From a virus: a stretch of 64,000 nucleotides of DNA. Position 1 is the first letter of the stretch. Each line of letters opens with the position of its first letter. Both the position numbers and the translations under genes were made by a program. The notes below the pieces were generated by a model. That model did not search any database. It worked only from the letters and a program-made list of their open reading frames with translations, and was not told where the DNA came from. The stretch lies in IMG/VR virus record IMGVR_UViG_3300032223_002232, positions 1-64,000 of that record; one strand, given 5' to 3'. Below, piece after piece: positions 6,779 to 15,949 of this stretch.

Positions 6779-6943
6779 ATGAGTAGTCCAATCTTAATAT
6801 TAACATCTTATGTGGTCAATAATAAAATCATAAGAGGTAGTTTTCCTATATATGTTTTAGGTATATCACAATGTTGTATAAAAGCTGATGGCACTCAAAA
6901 GGTTACTCCTATAGTTATTAACCCTAATAAAATTCAAAAGTAA
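6779..6943 (+). CDS. Hypothetical 54-aa protein MSSPILILTSY... (below ORF-track cutoff)
   Basis: Stop overlaps next start (TAATG at 6941-6945); TAAGTA late-like box upstream. Confidence 0.6.
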   Translation: MSSPILILTSYVVNNKIIRGSFPIYVLGISQCCIKADGTQKVTPIVINPNKIQK

Positions 6944-9900
6944 TGCAAACATTTACCAATACACCAGCTTTATTATCTTACCCTGATTGGTCAAAATCAT
7001 TAGGAGTATACTCGGATAATTCTCAGGCAAAATATTTAGAATATTTGACTGATTGGTATAAAAGTTACAGTTTAGATCAAAAATCAATAGATAATAACAA
7101 TAAAATTAAAGATCAATATATTCAATTAATTAAAGATTTAAATTTTTTATTCAATGCTGATGAAAGAGATTTATTCTTATCTGATATTGATTATAATAAT
7201 ACTGATGATTTAATTTATATTATCCCTTACCTTGCTCATAAATTAAAAGAAATTACACAAATTATTGCTGCTAAAAGAGAAGAGCTTAAAAACTCAAAAT
7301 TCAAACACGGAATGATTGGTAGTAATTTAGGTTTGGAGAAAATATTGTATGAGTATGTTTTAAAGAATTTTACTAAAAAAGATTATTCATACACAAGAGT
7401 ACCAATATCACCTTTAACATCTTTCTTTCCAGAATTATCATCCATTAGTAATGATTTTTATATAGAGATTGAAGAGTTATATGATACAGAAAATTATCAT
7501 GATTCAGATCCAACAGTTAGTATTAGTAATTACGAACCACTATCTGCAATAAATGATTATTATCCGTTTGATAGTTTAACAGATGATGATATTAATAATC
7601 TAATATCATCAAGAATAATTCCTAGAATAGTACCAACACCACTTTCAAAAATATTCAATGAATATTTGACATCAGTACCAACACTTTCAACGACAACATT
7701 ATCAGCTTTGTCAGCTGAATATACTGCAAAGACATTTAATATAATAGCTGCTAATCAAAAATATCTTGGTGAAAGTGTTTATGGTTTAACTGCTGTTAGA
7801 GTTAGTGAACTTAATGCACCAGATTATACAATATCCCTCAATCTTCAACAAGGTAACAATTACTTTTATTGGCCTAGTGGTGATAAGGTTGCGGATGATT
7901 CACAAATAGGAAATATATTTAAACCAATATTAATTAATAATTCTAATTTTGTTAATAATCATCCTGTTTCTGGATCTTCATATCTTGATTCTGATTTAAT
8001 CTTTACAGACAAAAATGGAATACTTGAAGGTGCTTGGCTTCAAGGTAGGAGAATCATACAAACTAAAGATACAATGAGTATCAATTTAGTTGCAAAGGAT
8101 AATAGAAGCTTTGTGTTTCCATTTGTAGGATTTAATATTAATTCAAAAGACTTATCATTTAAAAGTTATAGTTTAAATGATAGCAATTATATTTTATATC
8201 AAACATTAGATAAATCTATTAAACAAAATATTTTAAATACATATTATTCAAATCATTTACCAAGCTCTGCTGTAAATGACATGTATTTAAACCAAACAAA
8301 ATTAATTGATGCTGGTGCATTTGCTGGTAAATTTTCAGACGAATCTGATACTCTTGTAAAGACACCTAGTGCTAATCAACAAACAATATGGAGTGATGAA
8401 TTATTAGGTAATGTTGAGAAATCTTTCTTGTTTAAATTTAATAAAACAGATATTCCAATTTCAACTGGTTTCAATAATATACTTTGGCCTTTAATGAATT
8501 ATAGTGATGGTCAAGGTAGTGTTAAAAATCTATCATTAACGTTAGATGATAAAACATGTTTACCTATAATGTTGGGTAATACATCACCAGCACAATCAAT
8601 GCTTGGATGTACCGCTGGTAATAATTTTAATACATCGGATGTAATATATAAAGTATCTGATAATGCTGGTAATAATGCAATTGAAGCTGCATGGCTTGGT
8701 GCTGGTAATATCAGTCAATTAGATTATACACAACATATAATACCAGTATATGCTACATCTGCTGTTAATTGTGCTGAATATATTGATGGTCCAATTCAAC
8801 CATCTCTATCATTCATAGCTCAACCCGGAGAATATACATCATTTATATGGATGGATAAAGATACACCAGCTGATGATGTGTTCTTATATCGTGAACATGC
8901 TGCAAATTGTCCTTATGGTCAATCATATCCACATAATTTCTTTGTAAATCAAGATTATCAAAATCCAACACCATTAAATTCTGGTGATAGTTTCCCTTTA
9001 ACGAAAACACCATGTAATTGTAGATCAATATACTACTCACCACTTGGTCATGAGGGTGATACTTTTGATTCATATAATACAATGGGTGATTTACTTTTTG
9101 CAGATCCAAAGGGATTAGGTGCTGACTTTACAGTAAACTCTTGGGTTGATACTAGAAACTTTGATCCACATCATAGTCCACAATTTTCATTCTATCAATT
9201 AGATGGAACTATGGATAAAGATGTTGGTTATGGATTAGGCAAATGGATGACAGGAAATGGTCACAGAATGATTTTAAAAACTGGAAGACGCTATACATAT
9301 TATAGATCACCTTTAAGAAAGGGTGTAGATAATAATATAACTGTTCCATATTTAATTACAAACTATGCTTATCAAAACATTTCTGTAAACTGTCCATCAG
9401 GTTATGCACCAAGAATAGACTTGGTTGTATTAATCGATAATAGTAGAACTGAGACATATGCACTTGATACAAGTAAAACAATGGCTGCATCATTCTGTGA
9501 ATATGCACTCAATACTAATTCCGATATTTTAATTTCCGTAATATCATTTGCTGAAAAGGGATTATTATTAAACTATCTTACTAATAATAAAAATTCAGTT
9601 TTAAGTCATATATCAGGTATACAACCAACAACTTCAAGCCCTGAATGGTTAACAGATATATATGGTGCTTTAATTTTAGCTAACAATGTTTTAAGCGTAA
9701 ATAAACCCTTAAATAATAATTGTGATATCACAGATACAACAAGCCTATGTAAAGGTTTGGCTGATAGAATATTAAACTTTAGTAATATACCTACAATAAC
9801 AAACTGTCCAAGAAGTAATGCCGCTAAAAAGATAATAATATTTAGTGATGGTCAAGAAACCGTAAATATAGGTAAAGCTATTCCTATTGCTGAAAAAATA

Positions 9901-11541
9901 AAAGCAAGTGGTGTGGAGATAATATCAATGGATCTTGGTTATTACTCGGATCAGAATGATTTAATGGAAACCATAGCTAATGATGGATATTATTATAATG
10001 TTCAAAATTATATATTATATGGTGATGTTAATTTAGATTCATTTAATAGAAGTATATCACTTTCATTGTTAGGTTGTTTCCCATCAATTCCAACTTGGTG
10101 TAAAGCAACTAAAAATAGTGCTGGTGCTTGGGTGGAAAATTATATCGTTTCTGATATGGAATTAAAACCCGGAGATTATTTGGTATATGTTCATAGAGGA
10201 AAGGTTTCATATGTTGGTCAAAATCCAAATGTTTCATTCACAATACCAACAATATCATTTACTGTTAATTTAAAATTAGATGGTTGGGATTATAGTACAA
10301 GTACATTTAATTTATCAGCTGCTGGTGCTGATTATGGTGCAAGACCATTTTGGGCTAAAACACTTACTAACTCTGCAAGTACTTTTGGATTTGGTGGTCA
10401 AATAACATATTATGATGATTATGTTTTAGTACACCAACCCGACATATCTGATATGGTATTGAATAATGGGTGTTACATTCAATATTCCAGTATGGGTAAT
10501 AGAAATGTAAATTGGCAAGAGCATCTTACATTTAATGTAACTTTAACAACTCAACAATGGAATAAATTAATAATAGATAAAAACTATTCTAATTTATCAT
10601 TTGCATTCAATTCTGATAATTTATATGATTTAATTATATCACAATCACATGAGCCTAGTGATTTAACATTAGAGAGTTATTCATCATTTAAACCTGTAAA
10701 ATATAATTATTTTGTAAGAAACTCAGCATTTAACTTTACACAAGACTTGTATTATATAAATCGCTGTGAAACTAGTTTTGTAACATTTACAACTGCTAGT
10801 GTATTAGAAGCAGTAACTCCACATTTAAATCTTGATAATATTCATTACCCAACAGTTGCAACAATTGATTTTCCATCTAATACGGTATCAGAAACTCAGT
10901 TGGGTCATTATTTATTACCAGATAGATTAGGTGTTCCTTATTATTTAGGTAGAGGTTACACTATGAATGTTGATCCTAATAAGTTATCATATATTGATTC
11001 TGTTAGTGCTGAAAGATTATTTTTAGATATTAACAAATATGCATCAAGAAATAGAGGTTTAACTAAAAATGATCAAAATTCACCAGTTTCTATAACAGAT
11101 ATTGATAACAGATGGTTATTTGAGCCATATTCAACAGGTAGTAAATCTGGTATAATTAACAATACTAAAAATAATCAAAAGTTAGTCCCATATCAAACAA
11201 ATTATGAAATAAACCAAAATAATGAAATTGGTTTATGTTATCAGAAGGATAATTTTGAATTTTGGGATGTTAATTATTATAATCAGTGGTCTGATGAATT
11301 AAATTATCCATTATCATTTAGAAAAGAATTAATACTTTCAAGTTATTTTAACAGAGTAGAATCACTTTTAACTAATAAAGGTGTAACAACCCAATGGCGC
11401 ACAGATATATTTGGTAACAACTATGGATTATTTAAAGATTACGATTTACCTGAAACATATCACATTAAGACTGAAAGAGGTGTAAATACAATATCTGAAG
11501 GATATATACCACTTAGTGTTGAAAGTGCTGAGATTGGATAA
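6943..11541 (+). CDS. Large virion structural protein with internal von Willebrand A domain
   Basis: 1532 aa; DLVVLIDNSRTE, WLTDIYGAL and KKIIIFSDGQ give vWA/MIDAS order at about aa 823-1045. Confidence 0.75.
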   Translation: MQTFTNTPALLSYPDWSKSLGVYSDNSQAKYLEYLTDWYKSYSLDQKSIDNNNKIKDQYIQLIKDLNFLFNADERDLFLSDIDYNNTDDLIYIIPYLAHKLKEITQIIAAKREELKNSKFKHGMIGSNLGLEKILYEYVLKNFTKKDYSYTRVPISPLTSFFPELSSISNDFYIEIEELYDTENYHDSDPTVSISNYEPLSAINDYYPFDSLTDDDINNLISSRIIPRIVPTPLSKIFNEYLTSVPTLSTTTLSALSAEYTAKTFNIIAANQKYLGESVYGLTAVRVSELNAPDYTISLNLQQGNNYFYWPSGDKVADDSQIGNIFKPILINNSNFVNNHPVSGSSYLDSDLIFTDKNGILEGAWLQGRRIIQTKDTMSINLVAKDNRSFVFPFVGFNINSKDLSFKSYSLNDSNYILYQTLDKSIKQNILNTYYSNHLPSSAVNDMYLNQTKLIDAGAFAGKFSDESDTLVKTPSANQQTIWSDELLGNVEKSFLFKFNKTDIPISTGFNNILWPLMNYSDGQGSVKNLSLTLDDKTCLPIMLGNTSPAQSMLGCTAGNNFNTSDVIYKVSDNAGNNAIEAAWLGAGNISQLDYTQHIIPVYATSAVNCAEYIDGPIQPSLSFIAQPGEYTSFIWMDKDTPADDVFLYREHAANCPYGQSYPHNFFVNQDYQNPTPLNSGDSFPLTKTPCNCRSIYYSPLGHEGDTFDSYNTMGDLLFADPKGLGADFTVNSWVDTRNFDPHHSPQFSFYQLDGTMDKDVGYGLGKWMTGNGHRMILKTGRRYTYYRSPLRKGVDNNITVPYLITNYAYQNISVNCPSGYAPRIDLVVLIDNSRTETYALDTSKTMAASFCEYALNTNSDILISVISFAEKGLLLNYLTNNKNSVLSHISGIQPTTSSPEWLTDIYGALILANNVLSVNKPLNNNCDITDTTSLCKGLADRILNFSNIPTITNCPRSNAAKKIIIFSDGQETVNIGKAIPIAEKIKASGVEIISMDLGYYSDQNDLMETIANDGYYYNVQNYILYGDVNLDSFNRSISLSLLGCFPSIPTWCKATKNSAGAWVENYIVSDMELKPGDYLVYVHRGKVSYVGQNPNVSFTIPTISFTVNLKLDGWDYSTSTFNLSAAGADYGARPFWAKTLTNSASTFGFGGQITYYDDYVLVHQPDISDMVLNNGCYIQYSSMGNRNVNWQEHLTFNVTLTTQQWNKLIIDKNYSNLSFAFNSDNLYDLIISQSHEPSDLTLESYSSFKPVKYNYFVRNSAFNFTQDLYYINRCETSFVTFTTASVLEAVTPHLNLDNIHYPTVATIDFPSNTVSETQLGHYLLPDRLGVPYYLGRGYTMNVDPNKLSYIDSVSAERLFLDINKYASRNRGLTKNDQNSPVSITDIDNRWLFEPYSTGSKSGIINNTKNNQKLVPYQTNYEINQNNEIGLCYQKDNFEFWDVNYYNQWSDELNYPLSFRKELILSSYFNRVESLLTNKGVTTQWRTDIFGNNYGLFKDYDLPETYHIKTERGVNTISEGYIPLSVESAEIG

Positions 11542-11553
11542 ATATTAATAACG

Positions 11554-12162
11554 ATGAACTTAAAATTTTCACAATTTAAACCAGCCACAAATCTTGTAGA
11601 TAGTGATGTATTACCTATATTAAGAACTAATGACAATTATGCCATAAGTGCCTTATCCATATTTAATTATATGTCTGGTAATAAATTTAATGAGTTATAT
11701 ACATCATATCAATATTATAGTTCTGTATTTTTAGGATCAAATTCAAATGCTAATTCTGTATTTTCAACATATTCTAATAATAGTTCTTTTTATGTAACAA
11801 CTAATGCCGCTCAAACAATATCTGGTATTAAAACATTTTTCGATTCATCGTTCTTTAAAACATCACTTTCATCTGTTGTGATTTATACACCGAATGGAAA
11901 TTCTAACAATTGGAATGTAGCATCAACTTATGTTTTTAGTAATAGTGCAAGTATTAAAAATGTAACAGATACAGTGAGTAATTCAGCTGGTAATTGGAGT
12001 GATACATATAGTGGGTTTTCTCAATTATCAAGTATTGCTGTTGTTAGTGATATTACAAATACACCATCAGCAACAGCAATTAAAAATATTATAGCAATAA
12101 CACAAACAACATATGATAATCTTATAATAAAAGATCCTTATACTTTTTATATTATATCATAG
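11554..12162 (+). CDS. Tail-fibre adaptor-like protein
   Basis: N-terminal KFSQF...DVLPI and C-terminal ITQTTYDNLIIKDPYTFYII resemble phage fibre motifs; TAAATA at 11539-11544. Confidence 0.65.
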   Translation: MNLKFSQFKPATNLVDSDVLPILRTNDNYAISALSIFNYMSGNKFNELYTSYQYYSSVFLGSNSNANSVFSTYSNNSSFYVTTNAAQTISGIKTFFDSSFFKTSLSSVVIYTPNGNSNNWNVASTYVFSNSASIKNVTDTVSNSAGNWSDTYSGFSQLSSIAVVSDITNTPSATAIKNIIAITQTTYDNLIIKDPYTFYIIS

Positions 12163-12171
12163 TCTTGACTC

Positions 12172-15100
12172 ATGCCAGCTTATAACAAAACTTCTTATTA
12201 TAATAATAATCCAATAACGGAAGTATTTGGTTCACAAACTACTCTTTATTATTGTAGGGATAAAATTTCTTTTTGGGGTGATAATTCATATAATCAATTA
12301 TACAATACAAGTAATTTAAATTTAATAAATGCTGCAAGTATAGCAGCTTATGATCACACCGTTGTAGCATTACCTGATGGTGAGGTTGTAGCTTGGGGTA
12401 AAAATGACAAAGGTCAATGTAATGTTCCTAATGGTTTAAGAAATGTTAAAAGTGTATCTGCTGGTAAAGCTTTTACTGTCGCTCTTAAAGAGAATGGAAC
12501 TGTTGTCGCTTGGGGTGATAATAGTTCAGGACAATGTAATATACCAAGTACCGCCACATCTGTTGTAGCTATAGCTGCTGGTGATAACCATGTTTTAGCT
12601 ATAAAAAATGACTTATCTATTATAGCTTGGGGTTCTAATTTCTTTGGTCAAAGTTCAATTCCATCTAATATAGGTAAAATTGCAAATATTGCTGCTGGTG
12701 GAGATAATTCCGCTGTTTTATTAATGGATGGTAGTGTTTATATTTGGGGAAGTAATATAAATGGTAATTTAAATAAACCAGCAAATTTAACTAATGTTTC
12801 TACATTATCAATAAAAAGTAGTCATGTTCTTGCACTTAAAAATGATGGAACTATTGTTGCTTGGGGTAATAACAATTATGGTCAAATTACAATACCAGAT
12901 ACATTAACAGGAAACAAGATAAGAAAAATATCTGCTGGTGTAAATTTTAGTTTAGTTTTAGATTATGCAGGTATTATAACTGCTTGGGGTGATTCAAGTA
13001 AATCACAAACAATTTTACCAAATTTATATCAAGTTGAAAATATTGCAGCTGGTCACAGTCATAGTATTGCATCTTGGTGCTCAATAGTACCGACACCAAC
13101 ACCTACAAAAACGGTTACACCTACACCAATTACACCAACTCCAACTAATACACAAACACTAACTCCTACAGTAACACCAAGTGTAACGCCTTCAATGAGG
13201 GTAACCAATACACCGAGACCTACTATAAATTTAACAAGAACACCAACACCGACACCTACAGCAACACCAATAACAACAGTAAGTGTAACACCAACAAAGA
13301 AACCTCACCCATCACCATTTAGAAAACCTGTTGCTCCTCCACCAGCTAATCAATTTATTCCACCAAAACCAACACAAGAGGCGTTATATTTTCAAAATCC
13401 ATCGCAGACACCAACAAGAACATTAACAAAAACTCCTACTTGTACACCGACATTTACACCTACTGTTACGCCGACTTCAGGTACACCAACGCCTACACCA
13501 ACAGTAACAAAAACAAAACCCACACCCACACCTACACCAACAGTAACGACATCTGTTGGTTCTTATAAGAATTGTGCATATCCAGCATTTAATGGTTTCC
13601 AAAATACTAATAATACATATACAACAATATCATTGTACAAATGGGATAGTTGTATAAGCACTGGTAATCAGAATGATGGTATAATAGATAGTTCAAAATA
13701 TTTTACATCACCCGGTTGGAATGTTGATGGTCATGTAACTATTGTTGCTATAACAAAAACAACAGGAATTGTTCGTGAATCAACTGGAACATTCTTATCA
13801 AAATATCCAATAGGATCAACACAAATAATTTCAAATGTAATAAATTTAAATAACTACCCAAATGTGGTTTCAGATACAAGAAGAAATGGTTCTGGTAACA
13901 TTTACTGTAATAATACTGATGGTAGTATGAATTTTGTATATTTAACAAATGATTATTCTAAAAACTGTGTGCCTTTCGGTGTTAATGCACCAGTTTATGG
14001 TGTATACCATGATGCAGTTGATAACACAATATATGCCGTTGGTTCATTCACAACAGTTAATAGTTTAAATAGAAATCAAGTTGCAAGGTTTAATTATAAT
14101 GGTGTATATGATCAATCATTTGACGTAAATCAAGGTTATAGTGGTACACCGTTTGACTACCCACCAAATGATATAAGAAGAATTAATGATTCATTGTATA
14201 TATCAGCATTGCAAAAATTTGGAACAGTTGGATCTAATGTATTAACATTCAGATCACAAAATGGTTTAGCTAGTAATTTACATAAAGTTGATTTAAATGG
14301 CGTTAGAGATATAAACTTTTTACCATTTACATTTACATTTAACAATAATAATTTTATTGATTATGTAAGTGTACCATCTCAAAATCTTTTAATATTAGTA
14401 AACTCAAGAGCTATTTCATTTAGAAATATAAACAATAATTCACAGTTATCTACAACTATAAATGGAACAGATAGTATACAGGGTATAGTTAAACCTAATG
14501 AAGTAAACCCATCGACTGTTTATATTTTACAAAAGATAAATGGTGGTATTAGTGCAACACAAACACCAAATGCAATTAAAGCTATTAATACAACAACTGC
14601 TTCGATTGATACTAGTATAAACAATTATATAGGTAAGGGTATGATATCAACCGATAATGGTGGATTTGCATTTGGTGCATTATCACCTCAACATGATTTC
14701 ATGGTTCTACAAAGATCTTATAGTGATAATAACATGACACCGGGTTATTGGAATGGTGGAACTGTTAACTCACCTGTTTTATCAAAAATATATACATCTA
14801 ATTTTTCAATACCAAACAATACAATTATATGGAATACATATAATCATATTGTGGGTGCTAATGCTAATAATGGAAATATGTTGATAGATAGTAATGGTAG
14901 AATTTATTTAGTATTACTAAATGAAACTAATTATATTTTCAGTAATATCAATGTTCAACCATATTCAATTATAAGATTATTCCCAGATGGTACATATGAC
15001 GGTTCTTTCAATGTAATGGCTAATTTAAATCCTAGTGGTAAAATCTATAATGCTGCATTGATAAGTGATTTTGAATTAATAGTTTGTGGTGACTTCACAT

Positions 15101-15174
15101 CTTATGCAGGTAATGCATCTAAACAGTATATTGTAAAAATTGACACTAATGGCAATCCTATAAATATAATGTAA
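12172..15174 (+). CDS. RCC1/BLIP-II repeat propeller + Pro/Thr linker + delta-60-like propeller; putative receptor-binding protein
   Basis: Repeated (I/V)(A/S)AG..H..AL..DG.(V/I).AWG.N..GQ; PTPT linker at 13090-13550; C-terminal RLFPDGTYDGSFN and CGDFTSY. Confidence 0.85.
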   Translation: MPAYNKTSYYNNNPITEVFGSQTTLYYCRDKISFWGDNSYNQLYNTSNLNLINAASIAAYDHTVVALPDGEVVAWGKNDKGQCNVPNGLRNVKSVSAGKAFTVALKENGTVVAWGDNSSGQCNIPSTATSVVAIAAGDNHVLAIKNDLSIIAWGSNFFGQSSIPSNIGKIANIAAGGDNSAVLLMDGSVYIWGSNINGNLNKPANLTNVSTLSIKSSHVLALKNDGTIVAWGNNNYGQITIPDTLTGNKIRKISAGVNFSLVLDYAGIITAWGDSSKSQTILPNLYQVENIAAGHSHSIASWCSIVPTPTPTKTVTPTPITPTPTNTQTLTPTVTPSVTPSMRVTNTPRPTINLTRTPTPTPTATPITTVSVTPTKKPHPSPFRKPVAPPPANQFIPPKPTQEALYFQNPSQTPTRTLTKTPTCTPTFTPTVTPTSGTPTPTPTVTKTKPTPTPTPTVTTSVGSYKNCAYPAFNGFQNTNNTYTTISLYKWDSCISTGNQNDGIIDSSKYFTSPGWNVDGHVTIVAITKTTGIVRESTGTFLSKYPIGSTQIISNVINLNNYPNVVSDTRRNGSGNIYCNNTDGSMNFVYLTNDYSKNCVPFGVNAPVYGVYHDAVDNTIYAVGSFTTVNSLNRNQVARFNYNGVYDQSFDVNQGYSGTPFDYPPNDIRRINDSLYISALQKFGTVGSNVLTFRSQNGLASNLHKVDLNGVRDINFLPFTFTFNNNNFIDYVSVPSQNLLILVNSRAISFRNINNNSQLSTTINGTDSIQGIVKPNEVNPSTVYILQKINGGISATQTPNAIKAINTTTASIDTSINNYIGKGMISTDNGGFAFGALSPQHDFMVLQRSYSDNNMTPGYWNGGTVNSPVLSKIYTSNFSIPNNTIIWNTYNHIVGANANNGNMLIDSNGRIYLVLLNETNYIFSNINVQPYSIIRLFPDGTYDGSFNVMANLNPSGKIYNAALISDFELIVCGDFTSYAGNASKQYIVKIDTNGNPINIM
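15159..15166 (+). promoter_or_regulatory. T4-type late promoter TATAAATA for the GT17-like gene
   Basis: Exact TATAAATA, 12 nt before ATG 15179. Confidence 0.6.
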
Positions 15175-15178
15175 TCAA

Positions 15179-15949
15179 ATGAAAAATTTATATGATTTTT
15201 TTATATTTAGTAATGAAAAGAAAATGTTAAATTTTAGATTTCATGAGTTAAATGAAGTTGTTGACAAATTTATAATAGTAGAATCAGACAAAACATTCAC
15301 AGGTGTTCATAAAGGTTTAAATTTTAATATTGATGATTATTCAAAATTTAAAGATAAAATAATATATAAACCATTCATAGCTGATTTTAGTAGTTATGCT
15401 TGGACTAATGAATATCAACAAAGAAGATATTTAAAATCAGGATATGATGATTTACCAATTGGTAATGATGATTTAATTGTTTTATCTGATGTTGATGAGA
15501 TACCAGATCCATTAGTTTTAAATAGATTTAAAAATGAAAATTTTAAAGGTATTAGAACATTTTATCATGATTTGTATTATAATAACTTTAGAACAAAAAA
15601 GATACATAAATGGTCAGGTTCTTTAGTAATTGATAATGAAACATTTATAAAAAATTATAATTGTGATTTTGAATCTCTCAGAGGTAATAGAGATAATATT
15701 GAAAAAATAGGTGTTGAAAAAAGAGAAGGTGGTTGGCACTTATCTTATTTTGGTGATGTTGATTTTATTATTAATAAAATTAAAAGCTTTTCACACCAAG
15801 AATTTAATACACCAGAACATACAGATCCTGAGAAAATTATGAAATGTATAAATGAGGGTAAAGATCTATTACAACGTAGTGACAATGATACAATTGTATT
15901 AGATACACTTGATCCATATTTACCAAAACATATCAACTTATTAGATTAA
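15179..15949 (+). CDS. GT17-like (MGAT3/GnT-III family) beta-1,4-GlcNAc transferase
   Basis: RFHEL..VVDKFIIVES..TFTG, W.NE..QR, SDVDEIP, GGWHLSYF and KIKSFSHQE motifs. Confidence 0.85.
   Translation: MKNLYDFFIFSNEKKMLNFRFHELNEVVDKFIIVESDKTFTGVHKGLNFNIDDYSKFKDKIIYKPFIADFSSYAWTNEYQQRRYLKSGYDDLPIGNDDLIVLSDVDEIPDPLVLNRFKNENFKGIRTFYHDLYYNNFRTKKIHKWSGSLVIDNETFIKNYNCDFESLRGNRDNIEKIGVEKREGGWHLSYFGDVDFIINKIKSFSHQEFNTPEHTDPEKIMKCINEGKDLLQRSDNDTIVLDTLDPYLPKHINLLD

Noticed and set aside
15140-15170. sigma70 promoter TTGACA...TATAAT upstream of the GT17-like gene
   Set aside because: Spacer is 19 nt, outside the usual 16-18; the overlapping TATAAATA late box is the simpler explanation
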